Positions 40,801 to 53,793 of a DNA stretch of 64,000 nucleotides are shown here, in pieces. The DNA comes from Squalus acanthias (taxonomy: Eukaryota), in assembly GCA_030390025.1 (NCBI GenBank), contig CM059432.1, positions 31,994,001 through 32,058,000 on the forward strand, in the 5' to 3' direction. Every line of letters starts with the position of its first letter. Within the stretch, counting starts at the first letter, position 1. Both the position numbers and the translations under genes were made by a program. A model generated the notes under the pieces. The model was not told where the DNA came from, made no database searches, and was given only the letters and a program-made list of their open reading frames with translations.

Positions 40801-41154
40801 CTACAAGATGCACTGCAGCAACTCGCCAAGGCTTCTTCGGCAGCACCTCCTAAACCCACGACCTCTTCCACCTAGAGGGACAAGGGCAGCAGGCACATGG
40901 GAACATCACCACCTACAAGTTCTCCTCCAAGTCACACACCATCCTGACTTAGAAGTATATCGCCGATCCTTCATCGTCGCTGGGTCAAAATCCTGGAACT
41001 CCCTCCTAACAGCACTGTGGGAGTACCATCACCACATGGACTGCAGCGGTTCAAGAAGGCGGCTCACCACCACCTTCTCAAGGGCAACTAGAGATGGGCA
41101 ATAAATGCTGGCATTGCCAGCGACGCCCAGATCCCATAAACAAATTAAAAAAAA
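37895..41154 (+). mobile_element. Full-length, decayed single-ORF CR1/L2-group LINE (APE+RT) with tRNA-derived head and Deu domain
   Basis: A box tagtgtagtgg 37903, B box gttcaaattc 37969, Deu-like domain 38050-38160, APE (TNIWGL, LTESYL, VGDFN, SDH), RT (GPDNIP, DIKAAFD, FADD), poly(A); several stops and frameshifts; inserted into an antisense tail of its own family (37775-37894 and 41155-41310). Confidence 0.85.
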
Positions 41155-41435
41155 ATACTCCCACAATGCTGTTAGGCAGGGAGTTCCAGGATTTTGACCC
41201 AGCGACGGTGAAGGAACAGCAATATATGTCCAATTCAGGATGCTATGTGACTTGGTGGGGAACTTGGAGGTAATAGTGTTCCCATGCAACTATTGTCCTT
41301 GTCCTTCTAAGTTGATTATTTAGTGCTGAATTGTGGACAGTTTCATGTTATGGGCCCATGTCTGCTGGGAACTGGACTGAGACTGCCCAAACTCACTTCA
41401 CATAGGGATTGCACACCTTTGGGATTTCAGACAAT

Positions 41436-41620
41436 GAGGGTCATTTTAGCTGAAGCCGCCGGCGGGAAACTGGCGTGATCAGATTGGCTTCCCATTTTAC
41501 ACCACGCATGATATTAATTTCCATTGATGTCAATCAAAATAAAATTGATGGGGTGTAAAATGGATGGCTGATCTGATTGTGTCATTTTCCCGCCAAGCGG
41601 GTTAGGTTAAAATTGCCCCC
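41436..41620. mobile_element. Palindromic MITE
   Basis: gagggtcatttta ... taaaattgccccc; TSD AAT. Confidence 0.7.
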
Positions 41621-41861
41621 AATGAAATACTTTAGAAGTCAGTCTTGTTTTGTAGGCAAACACAGCAACCAAATTTCACAAACAGCAATGATATATATTG
41701 GCCTCGGCACCAGGAGAACTTACCTGCTCTTCTTCAAATAGTACAATAGGATCTTTTACATCCAATTTTGCAGGCAGACTGTGCTTTGGCTAACGTCTCA
41801 TCTAAAAGATGGCATCTCTGCAATGCAGCACTCATTCAGTAATAGAGTGTCAGTTTATAAT

Positions 41862-42605
41862 GGGCCGAAAATTGATCCCGGGACGCGAGAGTACGCACTG
41901 CATACTCTCGCGTATTCCCACTCCAATTGCCGGTTTTCTGCATGCCCTGCGCATGCGCTGAAAACCGGCAATTGCTCTTCCGAAAAGGGGGCGGGGCCTG
42001 GGTGCATCGCGTGCGCGCTACAGGCTGCGCGCACGCTGTGCACTTCATGCTTTGGACGCGCAGGTAAGTAGGGAAGATTTTGGAAATGTAAAAAGGAGGA
42101 GTAAGACCCACTTTTAAGAAGGTAAGTAGTGAATTAAGTATTTTTTTGAATTTTTTTTTACAGGTATATCTTTTTTATAGACTTTAAAGACAGGTAAGTT
42201 TATTTTTATAACTTTTTAAAAGATTTTAAATTTTTTCAAAAATTTAATTTTTTATTTAAAATGGTTAATTTAATTAACTATACTTATTTTATTAATGTGA
42301 TGGTTTTTTTTTAAAATTTAATTGAGGTTTAGCTGTTATTTTGGGGGGGTGTAAGATTCATAAGTCTCACAGCCATGCTGTGAGACTTATGAATGGAAGA
42401 TGGTGTGCTGCCATTGGCTCTAACTGAGTCACGTGATCCCACAGCTCGCACGAATTCACTACGCCGCTGGGATACGCAAGCCCAGCACAGCTGATGTCTG
42501 GAACATCAAGTTCGTGCGAGCTGGATCAGAAAAAGCATAAGCGAGGTGAGACATCGCGGGGAAGGCTTACCCCAGCGGGAACAGAGCGAGATCAATTTCT
42601 GGGTC
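41862..42605. mobile_element. Non-autonomous DNA transposon inserted in a SINE
   Basis: gggccgaaaattgatc ... gatcaatttctgggtc inverted ends; SINE halves on both sides. Confidence 0.7.
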
Positions 42606-43279
42606 ATTATGTGCTCCAATTTGGAACAGGACTTAAACCCACAACCTTTTAACTCAGAGGTGAGAGGGCTACCACTGAGCCACGGCTGACATTAATGCCA
42701 CTCACTGCCAATGTATTAACGCCCAGTCCCACAAATTGTGAATGACACTGACTGAAAGAACTGAGTGGAAAAATAAGTTAGACAGTACATTGGTCCGACA
42801 AAAGCTGCTTCTGCAGCCTGAGCATGGCGGTTCTAATTTAGGTTTTCACTTGAAATGTTAACCTATCTCTCTCTCTGGTTAAGATGCTAGCTGACATGCT
42901 GTGCCTTTCCACAGTTTTCTGTGTTGCTTTTTTTAAGTTTGACCCTGGACTCACTTTGTGGGATACTAACGTACGAACATTTAACACGTTTGTCTGAAAT
43001 TCCTCTCCGTTAACTTGGCAGCAATAGCCAGCAGTGCATAATTTAATGTTCTGTGTTTTTTTACAGTCAAGCCAATACCCTATGCTTCTGGAGAAAATGT
43101 AATGTATTTAAATGAATTCAAACAACAGAGTTTCATTCTCACTGAATTATTTTATTACATGTTCACTTATGTTATACATAAAAGGAAAAATATGTTAAAA
43201 CTCAACATTTCCAATTGTGCTCCTATCAGTGAAAAAGCTACGATGATTCCCATATCTTGGAATTTATAAGTTGCAAAGT

Positions 43280-43665
43280 GTTCCCTTTTTTCCCCCTGCC
43301 AGTTTGCTCATCTCCTGTCTTGAAGTAGCTGACACGCACAGGCCGATCACGCTCCAAGTAGCCATTATTTGTATGTTAACCTAGTCAGCACGCTGGTTCA
43401 CCATGGAGGGCATCACAACCCAACCCGATCCTGTCCTCACCTGATGTCCCCAAGCAGAAAGGTGGGGGGGCGGTTGGGTCACTGGATAGTAATCGGGAGC
43501 AGGAACCCTAGCTAGTTTTCTTCCCATTATCCCAGAAGAGCTGAGACGTATGGCAGCTGTCCAACTGCCATGTCAGCCAAGATCAGCCACATCACCACAG
43601 GACAGGGATTAATCTTTGGGGCCTTCCTGACCTAAATGGCAAAGCGTTTACCTCAGTGAGCATAG
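43280..43665 (-). mobile_element. Old, diverged tRNA-head SINE family (also ~54020-54370, 61240-61580 and smaller pieces)
   Basis: Shared ggggtcactggatag..atcaggag core; reverse-complement tRNA-like head. Confidence 0.5.
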
Positions 43666-43924
43666 TTGACAAGTGAACACGTGGAGCTCCCAAGTGTCAT
43701 ATAGACAATTCATGATGTTACTAAATTACTGACTGTCCGATAGATTTGTATCAGTTATACACACAAAATCAGATAAACATTTGTCTCCTAGAGGGTTATA
43801 CAATTAAACAATATTGAATTGATTTACTTACATGTATCAACCTCTAATCATCTGACTATTTTTAGATTTTTGTATTTGAAATTTAGGCAAGAGAGGCAAC
43901 ATCTTTAACTCTTTGAACCCAATG

Positions 43925-44325
43925 CAAGTATAGTTATGTTACTGAACTAATAATCCAGAGAATGTGAGTTAAAATCTCAGCATGAGAATTTGAATTCAGT
44001 GTTTAAAAAAAACTGGTCTCAGTAAAAGGGACCATGAAGCTGCCGGATTGTAGGGAAACCCCAACTGATGCACTAATGTCCTTTTGGGAAGGAAACCTGC
44101 CTCCCTTAGCCAGTCTGGCCCATATGTGACTCCAGTGCCACATCAATGTGGTTGACTCTTAACAACCCTTTGAAATGGTCTAGCAAGTCATTCAATTGTA
44201 TCAAACTGCTGCAGAGACTAGCAGTTCAAGAAAAAGACTCACCAACACCTTATCAAGGTAACTAGGGTACGCAATAAATGTCGACCTTGCCAGCGATGCC
44301 CACATCCTGATAATTAATTATTTTT
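43925..44325 (+). mobile_element. DeuSINE (SacSINE1-like): tRNA head, Deu domain, LINE tail
   Basis: cactaatgtccttt..ggaaggaaacctgcc..tgtgactccag..tgtggttgactcttaac, then a tail matching 41043-41135. Confidence 0.8.
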
Positions 44326-46374
44326 AAAGTATGTTTGAAGCCCTCCTAAAGTCAGATGAAGGGTAAAGCTCCTTCTACACTGCCCCCAAAATATGCCAGG
44401 CACCCAATGTCACATTCCAACTTTCTATAGCAGCTGTGCTTCTGGCCTCTTTGACTAATACTGCACAGCTAAAGTTTACGCCATTTCTCAGCGGGTTCTG
44501 CCGATCTCCTGCTGAAGATTGGGACAACCACCGCAGAAATTCAGGGCCCCAAGCTGGACTGAGATTTGGACACTTCTCAGGTAAACTATCAAAATCTAGG
44601 GATTTCCACTTCAAGCTTTCAGTCTCTGAACTTTGAGTTCCTGCAAATACACATTACGATATCTGTAACAGAAAACACAATATGGAAAGCATCTTATATG
44701 GAAAGTATCAAAAGATTTCAACTTATGTGATCCTATTTTCTTTCTTTATGCCTTGACTCATACTGGGGTACAGCTCCATGGACATTTGCAGCACTCTAGT
44801 ACCTCATTCTAGTTGTCATACTTAAGATGTGACACTTCAGGTGTGAGCTTAGATAATGAGTGTTAGCCGGCTAAGAACTGGGAATTAATCTCCTCAATCT
44901 CTTTGATTTAGGGCTTGTCATTGTTTTAGGGATCACGAAGTTCAAAAGAGCCGTGCATAATTTTTGTCATGACAATGCCTTGGTATGAGGTGTAATTATG
45001 TTGTCCCCTACAGATTTTGTCTTTGTGAAGCATCATCATGCTGTGTGTCAAAGCTCTTGACACATTACAATGACCTTTTAATGGAGTGAGGAATATGTTT
45101 GAGGAAGACCTCAAACAAATATTGTACACCTTTCCAAAGTAGCTTCAGAAATCTCATCTTTCCCCTGGGCACTCTGGTATGAACATTGTCCTCAGTAACT
45201 TTAAACTTTAGCTATCTCCTCCATTTCCATTACTGTAGGGGTTGCTGGCAATGTAGGGGTTGGTCTGTCTGCGGAGGGGGAAGAAGGGTTGACCTTTTGG
45301 ATGGGGAAACCGCTCTGTCAGAACACTGTGCTGATGGTAGTGGTGGTGGTGAGGTTGCTGTGCTCTCCTTGTTAACCTGTTCTTTCTCTTTTCAGTGCTG
45401 GTTGATCTGCTTTACTTTACCAGCACCTTCTATTTCATTTTCAAAGCTGATTTCATTTCACACCTAACCCCCAGGATTTACATCCCTCCCATTTTCTTCC
45501 ATTTTCCTCAGGCCTTGCATTTCCCTAGCTATTCGCATTAGTTTCTTTAAAACCTTTAATTTCTTCAATGTTTCTGTCTATTACTTGACTATAACTCACT
45601 CCATGGCTGTTTTTCATCTCTGTGCTTGTTTCGGGATGTGCACATCGCTGGCAATGCCGGCATTTATTGCCCATCCTAGTTGTCCTTGAGAAGGGGCAAA
45701 AGAGGAGCAGGCCCACCGCAGCCTCTCTGCCCCCAGCTCCATTTCCTTCCCCCACCCGTCATCCCTTCTCTACCTGCCAAATAAAAATACAGACTGAGGA
45801 TGGGGGAGGGCTGCACCTAGCTTCCTGGTCTGTTTTGCACCTTTCTACTCCTCTCATTGCCACTCCCCAGGATCACCTAGTGGGAGGTGACAGGAGGCCC
45901 AGGGTAGCAACAGAAAGGGCCTAGTGGAGGTCTACTCCCCCTCCAATTCAGCCTCTTCATCTTTGGAGCTCTTCTGCTTCTTTAATTAATTCCATGCCAC
46001 CTCTTCTGGGTGCTGCAGCACCGTCTCATTCCCATCTTGGGTACTGGTGGGGTCCCTCTTGATGGTGGGAGTCTCCCTCGGGAGCCTGCCCTGCATAGCA
46101 AGTGCCTGACCTAGGAAAATGTTCGTGGGTTAGGGCAGAGTTGGAGGGACGGATGGAAGACCCGCCACACTACTACTACACCCCAAAGAGGAGAATCCTC
46201 TCCTTGATTTCAACACAGTGAGGTTACAGGAAGAAGGAAAAATGTATTAGATGGCGTTCTTGGAGACTAGGTGGAACAAGAGAAAAAATTTCCAGACGAG
46301 CAATGGCCATAGCAGTATCGATAAAACAGAGAAAGATAAGAGAGAGCATTTGGAAATGTCTTAAAAATAAAGAA

Positions 46375-46380
46375 TTTATT
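46375..46380 (-). terminator. Proximal candidate poly(A) signal after the LIM-tail exon; a distal one lies at 43151-43156
   Basis: AATAAA on - strand 90 nt past the stop codon. Confidence 0.4.
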
Positions 46381-46469
46381 ATGCATTTGTTTCTTTTTAT
46401 CTTATTACTATTTGATATATGGATTAAGACTCAGAGTGAATAAGCTATGCTCTTATCATGTTGCGGACT

Positions 46470-49400
46470 TTAACTTATCAGATCATCAAACCATGAATTC
46501 CTCTTAATTTGTGGGTTTGAGTTTGTATCTATGCTGGATTCCTCATTAAGTGGATCAAAAAGACTGGCTACATCGTCTGTGTTATTCATCTGACCTGGCA
46601 CAGTTGCAGACACATCATTCGCGAAGACGTCATTTGTGAAAGAGTTGACCTGTGCCTGTTCAAACGTAGATTTGGTCGGTGTTGGTTGTAGTATGCCAAG
46701 GTTGTCCACTATCAAATCCTTGCCTTCTGTCTGTGATATGTTCGTGGTGTCTTGGACGTCTGATCTCATTCCGCTTGCAAAAAACTCATCAGCTCCAAAA
46801 CAGTCTTGTGCAGAAACTGTTTTTTCTGAAAGCAAGCCCACAGCCGCTGGTGGTTTGCTTGGTGAGACAATGTTCCAAAAGCCAAATACATCCTCCATAG
46901 AACCTGCAGTTGGTGCAGAAGGCGGCTCAGATTCCGATGGACTATTGGCACCAGTTGAACTGATTTCTTTCATTGGAGAAACTTTCTTTGACATGGTCGT
47001 GTCTGTGGTTCGTGCCAGTGGCGCTTCAATCACGCCACAAAGATTACCAAAATCATCCAGTGATGGGCTTTGAACATTTTCAACAGAAGTGTTAAAATTC
47101 TCTTCAGTTATTGGTGTGTAATTGTCACATGGTATCAATAGTTCCTTGGATTCAAGAAGTTTGTCAGCCCTTGTGAGAGACTGATTTTCAGGACGCTCAC
47201 TGAGAACACACAGTGTTTCCTCCACTGATTTTGTAGCACCCATACTTGACTTTTGTGGCAGCTCACTTGATCCTAAAGGATCAGTCTGTGGTTGACTTTG
47301 GACATTTTCATCAAAAGTATCAACATTATCTTTGGCTGCTATGATAATACTTCCATTTGGTTTTATCAGTGATCGATCATGTTCAGATGACTTGTTGGCA
47401 TGCACCTGTGACTGGCTTTGGTGATCTACATCAAACAGATCTGAATTGTTGTTGGTTGTGTTTGTACTATCAAAAGCTGGTACTTTGAAAGACCCATTTG
47501 ACTCAGGGGAATTGCTGAAATCTACTTGGGAATGACACAGAAGATTACTAATTCTATCAGAACTGATCTCCTCACTGTTGGAAGAGATCATATTCTCTCT
47601 CGTAATAGGTTGTCTTGATGTGTAGGGATCACTGGAATCTATATTAACATTAGCAGTATTGCCTGCACTTGCTGTTAGTTGACTTGACCTAAATGCATCG
47701 TCAGCCTTGACTTGTTTATTTTGCTGACTCAGATCTGAATTCTGACCATTTAAAATACTTGGAGTGACAACATTTAAACTGTCAAATACAGCAACAGTAT
47801 TCTCTTTTGTTATCTCTGCTGTTTGGTCTGAATCAAAAAGCGCACTGGTATTTGCTTGTGACACCATCACGCTTGGCTTTGCCTGAGGCTGATTTCCATG
47901 ATCACTTCGAGGCATTTCAGATTCTTCAACTGTCTTTTCAGAGTCAGTGGCCAGGGTTGGTGCTTGTTGAGTTATCTGTGGTGCACCATTGATATCCGTT
48001 TGGATTTCCTGTAAATCAGAGATGTCTTTATCTACTTGTACTTTTTCTGAAGATTCTGTTAGAGATTCTTTGGTTTTTAGACTGAATGTTGTTTTTTCTT
48101 TGCTCTTGCTCAATGAGGAATCAAACAGGTTCCCGAAGGCCGTTTGAGAGTTGGGTTTAGCTGCCTTTTGGGTCTCTGGGGTTGTCTTCTTAAAGTCCTT
48201 TTTACTGTTTGAACCAAACAGTTTTGCAAATGGACTTTTGCGGGGGCCTGACGATTTTGTAGGTGGTTTCTTGTTAAAGGACATGTCGTCTTTTTCACTC
48301 TCAGAAGAATTATTGGTGTTAACAAGATCTGGTATCTTAACTGTGTCAGATTCTGAAGCAACAAAAGACTCCCCTACGGTTTGTCCTCCAACAGGTGGAA
48401 TGATAATTTTAACATTTTCTCTTTCTTCCATTATTTCACTGTGACTGTCATCTTGTTTTTGATTGGAAATTTTGGAATTCTCCTCCTGTTCTGTATATTT
48501 CTTTTCAATTTGGTCCATTTTGGAATTCTCTTGTTCCTTATTTCCTGGGTGAGAAGCATCAGATAATTGGAACTGATCTTGATCCGTGTTACAAGGTGTT
48601 TCCTCTGAACTTTCATTCTTTGTACTATGAGTAGGCGACTCAGTGGAGTTGACAGGTATATCTATAGTGCCTGTTGCTTGATCTATGGTAACTGCTGCTG
48701 AGATCTGATGAATGGTAAGCAGCATTGGAATGTCCTCATGTCCCATGTTAATGGATTCTGGTCCCCCTTCATTTTCTCTTTCATAAGGTTTGTCTTCCAA
48801 AGGCCCGTGGTGAGAGCTGGTAGTTGGCCAGTCATGAGTTTCATTGTTGTCATTGTCTTCTTTGGATCTATTTGAGTCTAGAGAATGCGACATTGTAGCT
48901 GTTTCAATTGGTGGATTAAATAGCTGGTTTTCCATTGTTGATTTTGAAATTGATTCTTTCTTCTGCAAAAAATCTATACTTCTCTCTACTGTCCCGTCAG
49001 TTAAAAACGGCTGGACTGAGTTCCCTTGAGGTATTCCTGCTTTTTCTTTCAGTTTGGAACTTTCTATTAATTTCCCTTCATTAGGTTTATTGGCATCATG
49101 AACTTCAAATTTGCATTTCAGTTCTTCGAGACTCTGTTTCCCATTCATTGCATTTGCCCCAGAATTGGGCCTCGGCCTTCCCTGATCTAACTCAAGCTGT
49201 CTGGGGAGAGAAGCTGGCCTTTTATCTGTTTCCCTCTTTTCAAAATTCTCATTGTGCTCAAATTTTTGCTTCAGTTCTCTAAGAGTCTGTTTTCCACCAT
49301 CAGTCTTTGCATGCAAAGAAGATTGGACCTTCTCTTTATCCAAATAAAGGTCTTTAGTCACTGCTCTTTTGTCTGGTTCATTTTTTTCAAGCTGTTCAAA

Positions 49401-50334
49401 TTTTATCTTCTTTCCATTTAATTTCTCTGCAACGTTTAACTCAAATTTTCCCTTCAACTGTTTAAGGCTCCCTCTTTCGGTATCTGCTCTCAGCTGTGAA
49501 GGGAGGATGGGCTTTTCTTTGCCCAAATGAAGATCTCTAAATACAGATTCTGTTCTTTTATCCACTTCATTCTTTACAAAATGTTCCTGTTTAATTTTAT
49601 GTTCATTAGGCCCAGGTGCATCATCCAACTCAAACTTTTTCTTTAATTCCACAAGACTCGGGTTCTTAGTGTCTGTTTTGACTATTGAAAAAGGGCTGGA
49701 TTTTGCTCTACTTAGATGAAGATCGCTAGATATGGAGTCTGCTCTTTTATCTAGTTCATCCGCTGTGTGTTTCATATTCTCTGTGTTTGATTTACCTCTG
49801 TGGTTGGGCTGATGTTCTTCCTTCATTCCTGTTGATTTAACTTTCACTTGGGTAGAAGAGTTGTGCATCTCTTTACACAAATGAAGATCTTGGAGCTGTT
49901 CGGATTCAGAGGGTTTGAGGAGCGGCATACTCCTCCTGTCTAAGATATTGCAAGGGAGTTTATTCTGCTGATTTTCTGGAGGAGGCCAGCTAATTCTGAG
50001 CTTTGCTGTTGGCTCTGACCTTCGACTAACCTCACTGCTGGGCTCACTTTTATCAGCAGGATTGGAAATCCATCTTGCACGTTCCAAGTTGGGTTGAGCG
50101 GCATTGGACACCGGGTCCAATTTCCCTTTCGCAGCGGATAATTTACCAGTTTCCTCGATTTCGGATTTGCATTCAGCTTGGCTGCCACTGGGAAGATTAG
50201 TGCTCTTCGATAGCCAGAGTTCTTTATGAAGATAATGGCCAAAACCGTCATCGTAATTTCCCTTCACCTTGAATGGCCTGTTAGAGTGAGGCTTGCAATA
50301 AAACTCGCCCTGCACCGGCACATAGTTAAGGAGG
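46470..50334 (-). CDS. XIRP1: Large terminal exon: LIM C-half (LLNYVPVQGEFYCKPH..KGNYDDGFGH) plus ~1250-aa low-complexity tail with LRISWPP and C-terminal QIKRN motifs
   Basis: tttcag acceptor at 50335-6, phase 2 matching the previous exon; 3.86-kb open frame; motifs shared with EPLIN/LIMA1 and the XIRP2 LIM isoform. Confidence 0.88.
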
Positions 50335-50444
50335 CTGAAAAAGAAAAAAGATGCCTTGCATCACACCAAGAAATAGTAAACTAATGTGTCATGCAAAGTC
50401 AGTTGGATATAGCGTGTTAATTAGATAATTATAGATAATCCAGG

Positions 50445-51995
50445 TCCTCACCACTCGCTGCATAAAAAAGTTTTTCCTCACATTCCCCCTGTATCTCTTG
50501 CCCTAAACCTTAAATCTGTGTCCCCTAGTCCTTGTAACATCAACTAGTGGGAACAGACTTTCCCCATCTAGCCTATCCAAACCCGTCATACACCTCTATC
50601 AAATCACCCCTCAACCTCCTTCGCTCCAATGAAAACAAATCCAGCTTCTCAACCTGTCCTTGTAGCTAAGATCCCCCATCCCCGGAACCATTCTGGTAAA
50701 TCTCCTCTGCACCCTCTCAAGGGCCTTCACATCCTTCCTAAAGTGTGGTGACCAGAGCTGGATGCAATGCTCCAGTTGTGGCCTAACCAGCGCTTTATAA
50801 AGATTCAGCATAACTTCTCTACTTTTGTACTCAATACCTCTATTTATGAAGCCCAAGATCCCATATGCTTTGTTAACCACTCTCTCAATATGTCGTGCCA
50901 CCTTCAGGGACCTATGCACATTAACTCCCAGGTCCCTCTGTCCCTGCACACTCTTTAAAACTGTGCCATTAAGTGTATATTGCCTCTCCCTGTTCCTTCT
51001 GCCAAAATGCATCACCTCACATTTCTCTGTATTAAATTCCATCTGCCACTTGTCTGCCCATTCTGCTAGCCTTTCTATGTCCTGTTGCAGTCGATTGGTA
51101 TCATCCTCACTGTTTGCCACACCCCCAAGTTTGGTGTCATTGGCAAATGTAGAAATTCTACTCTGTATTCCAGCTAATTTATATATATATCAAAAAATGC
51201 AGTGGCCCCAGCACTGACCCTTGGGAACACCACTGTCTACCATCCTCAAGTCTGAAAAACAGCCATTTACCACAACTCGCTGTTTTCTGTACTTAAGCCA
51301 GTTCCTTATCCAAGCTGCCACTGACCCACCTATTCCATGAGCCTCAATTTTGTTAACAAGCCTTCTATGTGGTACTTTGTCAAACACCTTCCTAAAATCC
51401 ATGTAGACAACATCCATTGCATTCCCTTCATCAATCCTCCCTGTTACTTCATCAAAAAATTCAATTAGATTCATCAAACACGATCTGCCTTTTACAAATC
51501 CGTGTTGGCTCTCCATAATTAGCTTAAACCTCTCCAAGTACCCGTTAATTTTTTCCTTGATTATTGTTTCTAAAACTTTACCCACCACTGATGTTAAACT
51601 GACCGGCCTATAGTTACTAGGATCGTCCTTACACCCTTTCTTGAACAATGGTGTCACATTTGCCACTTTCCAATTCTCAGGCACCTCCCCCACATCTAGG
51701 GAAGATTGGAAAATTATGGCAAGCCCTTCCGCTATCTCCTCCCCCAATTCTCTTAGCAACCTGGGATGCAAGCCATCTGGACTTATCCACTGTAAGCATA
51801 CCCAGCCTTTTTAGTACATCCTGTCAATCAATTTTCACCCCTTCCATTGCTTCTACCTTTTCCGCTTCTACCTTTTCCACTTCTACCGATATTTTGTCAG
51901 CATCCACCTCCTTAGTAAACACCGATACAAAGTACTCATTGAGTATTCTAGCCTTGCCTTGTGCCTCTAAGCATATATCACCTTCTTTGTCCCTA
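50445..51995 (-). mobile_element. CR1 LINE RT fragment
   Basis: ORFs 50611-51120, 51190-51771, 51824-52054. Confidence 0.9.
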
Positions 51996-52416
51996 GGCCT
52001 ATATTCTCTAGAGTTTAGAAGAATGAGAGGTGATCTCATTGAAACATACAACATTTTTACAGGGCTTGACAGGGTAGTTGCAGGGAGGATGTTTCCCCTG
52101 ACTGGGGAGTCTAGAACCAGGGATCACAGTCTCAGAATAAGGGGTCGGCCATTTAGGACGGAGATGAGGAGAATTTTCTTCACGCAGAGGGTGGTGAACC
52201 TTTGGAATTCTCTACCCCAGAGGGCTGTGGAGGCTCAGTCGTTGAGTATATTCAAGACAGAGATCGATAGATTTTTGAAGATCAAGGGAATCAAGAGATA
52301 TAGGGATAGTGCAGGAAAGTGGAGATGAGGTAGAAGAAGACCCATGATCTTATTGAATGGCGGAGCAGGCTCAAAGGGCCAAATGGCCTACTCCTGCTCC
52401 TATTTCTTATGTTCTT
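51996..52416 (+). mobile_element. CR1 LINE 3' fragment, followed by a Deu-LINE tail at 52436-52615
   Basis: Nearly identical to 19724-20150. Confidence 0.85.
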
Positions 52417-53020
52417 AAAAGTTTAGTGCTGGGGCTTCATCGTCGCTGGGTCAAAATCCTGGAACTCCCTACCTAACAGCACTATGGGAGTACCTTAACC
52501 ACATGGACTGCAGTGCTTCAAGAAGGTGGCTCACCACCACCTTCTCAAGGGCAAGTAGGGATGGGCAATAAATTTGGCCTTGCTAGTGACGCCCATATCC
52601 CAAGAATTAATTTTTTTTAAATGAAGTAAGAGGAGGCCATGACTAAGTGCTTTCCCTCCATGCACTAACTTGGGAAACTTATCACTCAGAGCCTACCACG
52701 ATCTTTCTCCTAGCAGTTCCTGGGGTCGGTGGAGATAGCGTCGGTAAAGGAGCCTTTCCACTGGCATCTACATGTGGTGGGTGAGGAAGGGATGGCTAAT
52801 GGCTGTCCCAGCAGGGGCAGGAAGCGGGAAATCGAGTTCAGGGCAGGAGCAGAGAAGTAGGCCTCACTATCTGACTTTTCCCCATTTCCACTGCTAGCCC
52901 ACCCAATTTTGGGCAGAATGGTGGAGGAAAATTCAGTCTGTCTCAAGAACTCCCAGGTTAGATGTGACATGGTTAGATGCAAAGTTAAGCGCTCTCTATT
53001 CTGCCCCAGCAAAAGGGCAG

Positions 53021-53337
53021 TGAATCACAGAATCCCCACAGTGCAGATAGAGGCCATTTCGGCCCATCGAGCCTGCACCGACACATATCCCACCCTATCG
53101 CCGTAACCCCATGTATTTAATCCCCCCTAACACTAAGGGTCAATTTATCATAGCCAAATCAACCTAACCCGCACATCTTTGGACTGTGGGAGGAAACTGG
53201 AGCACCCGGAGGAAACCCACGCAGACACGGGGAGAATGTGCAAACACCACACAGACAGTCACCCGAGGCCAGATTCGAACCCAGGTCCTTGGCGCTGTGA
53301 GGCAACAGTGCTAACCACTATGCCACCGTGTTGCCCA
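53021..53337 (-). mobile_element. HE1-type V-SINE
   Basis: Nearly identical to 931-1243. Confidence 0.88.
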
Positions 53338-53661
53338 GCCTAGCTACTGCAGCATGGAATGTCCATTTAATTTATTACTTGGGTGTCATCAACGGTTAAA
53401 CAATAGCATTGTGTCACAAGTCATGTGATTGCACTCCTGACATATACAAGTCCTTTCACTGGGATAATACTGCCCTTTAAGAAATATTTAACATGCGATC
53501 AAATATTTGGTTATGATTTTATATATGTGCATATATAATTATTTCTTTTAAAATCAAGACAAATGATCTCGAAGTTTTATTGATGCAATTTGGAATTAGA
53601 TAGTAAATTAAATAACATTGCAGATCGCCAGTAATAGCGAGTCTGGGTTTAAAATCACTCA

Positions 53662-53793
<132 letters not shown>

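Noticed and set aside
46470..50321. Stand-alone intronless 1283-aa gene as in the ORF track
   Set aside because: The 'start' is a GTG in the middle of the LIM domain; an in-phase acceptor lies 13 nt upstream.
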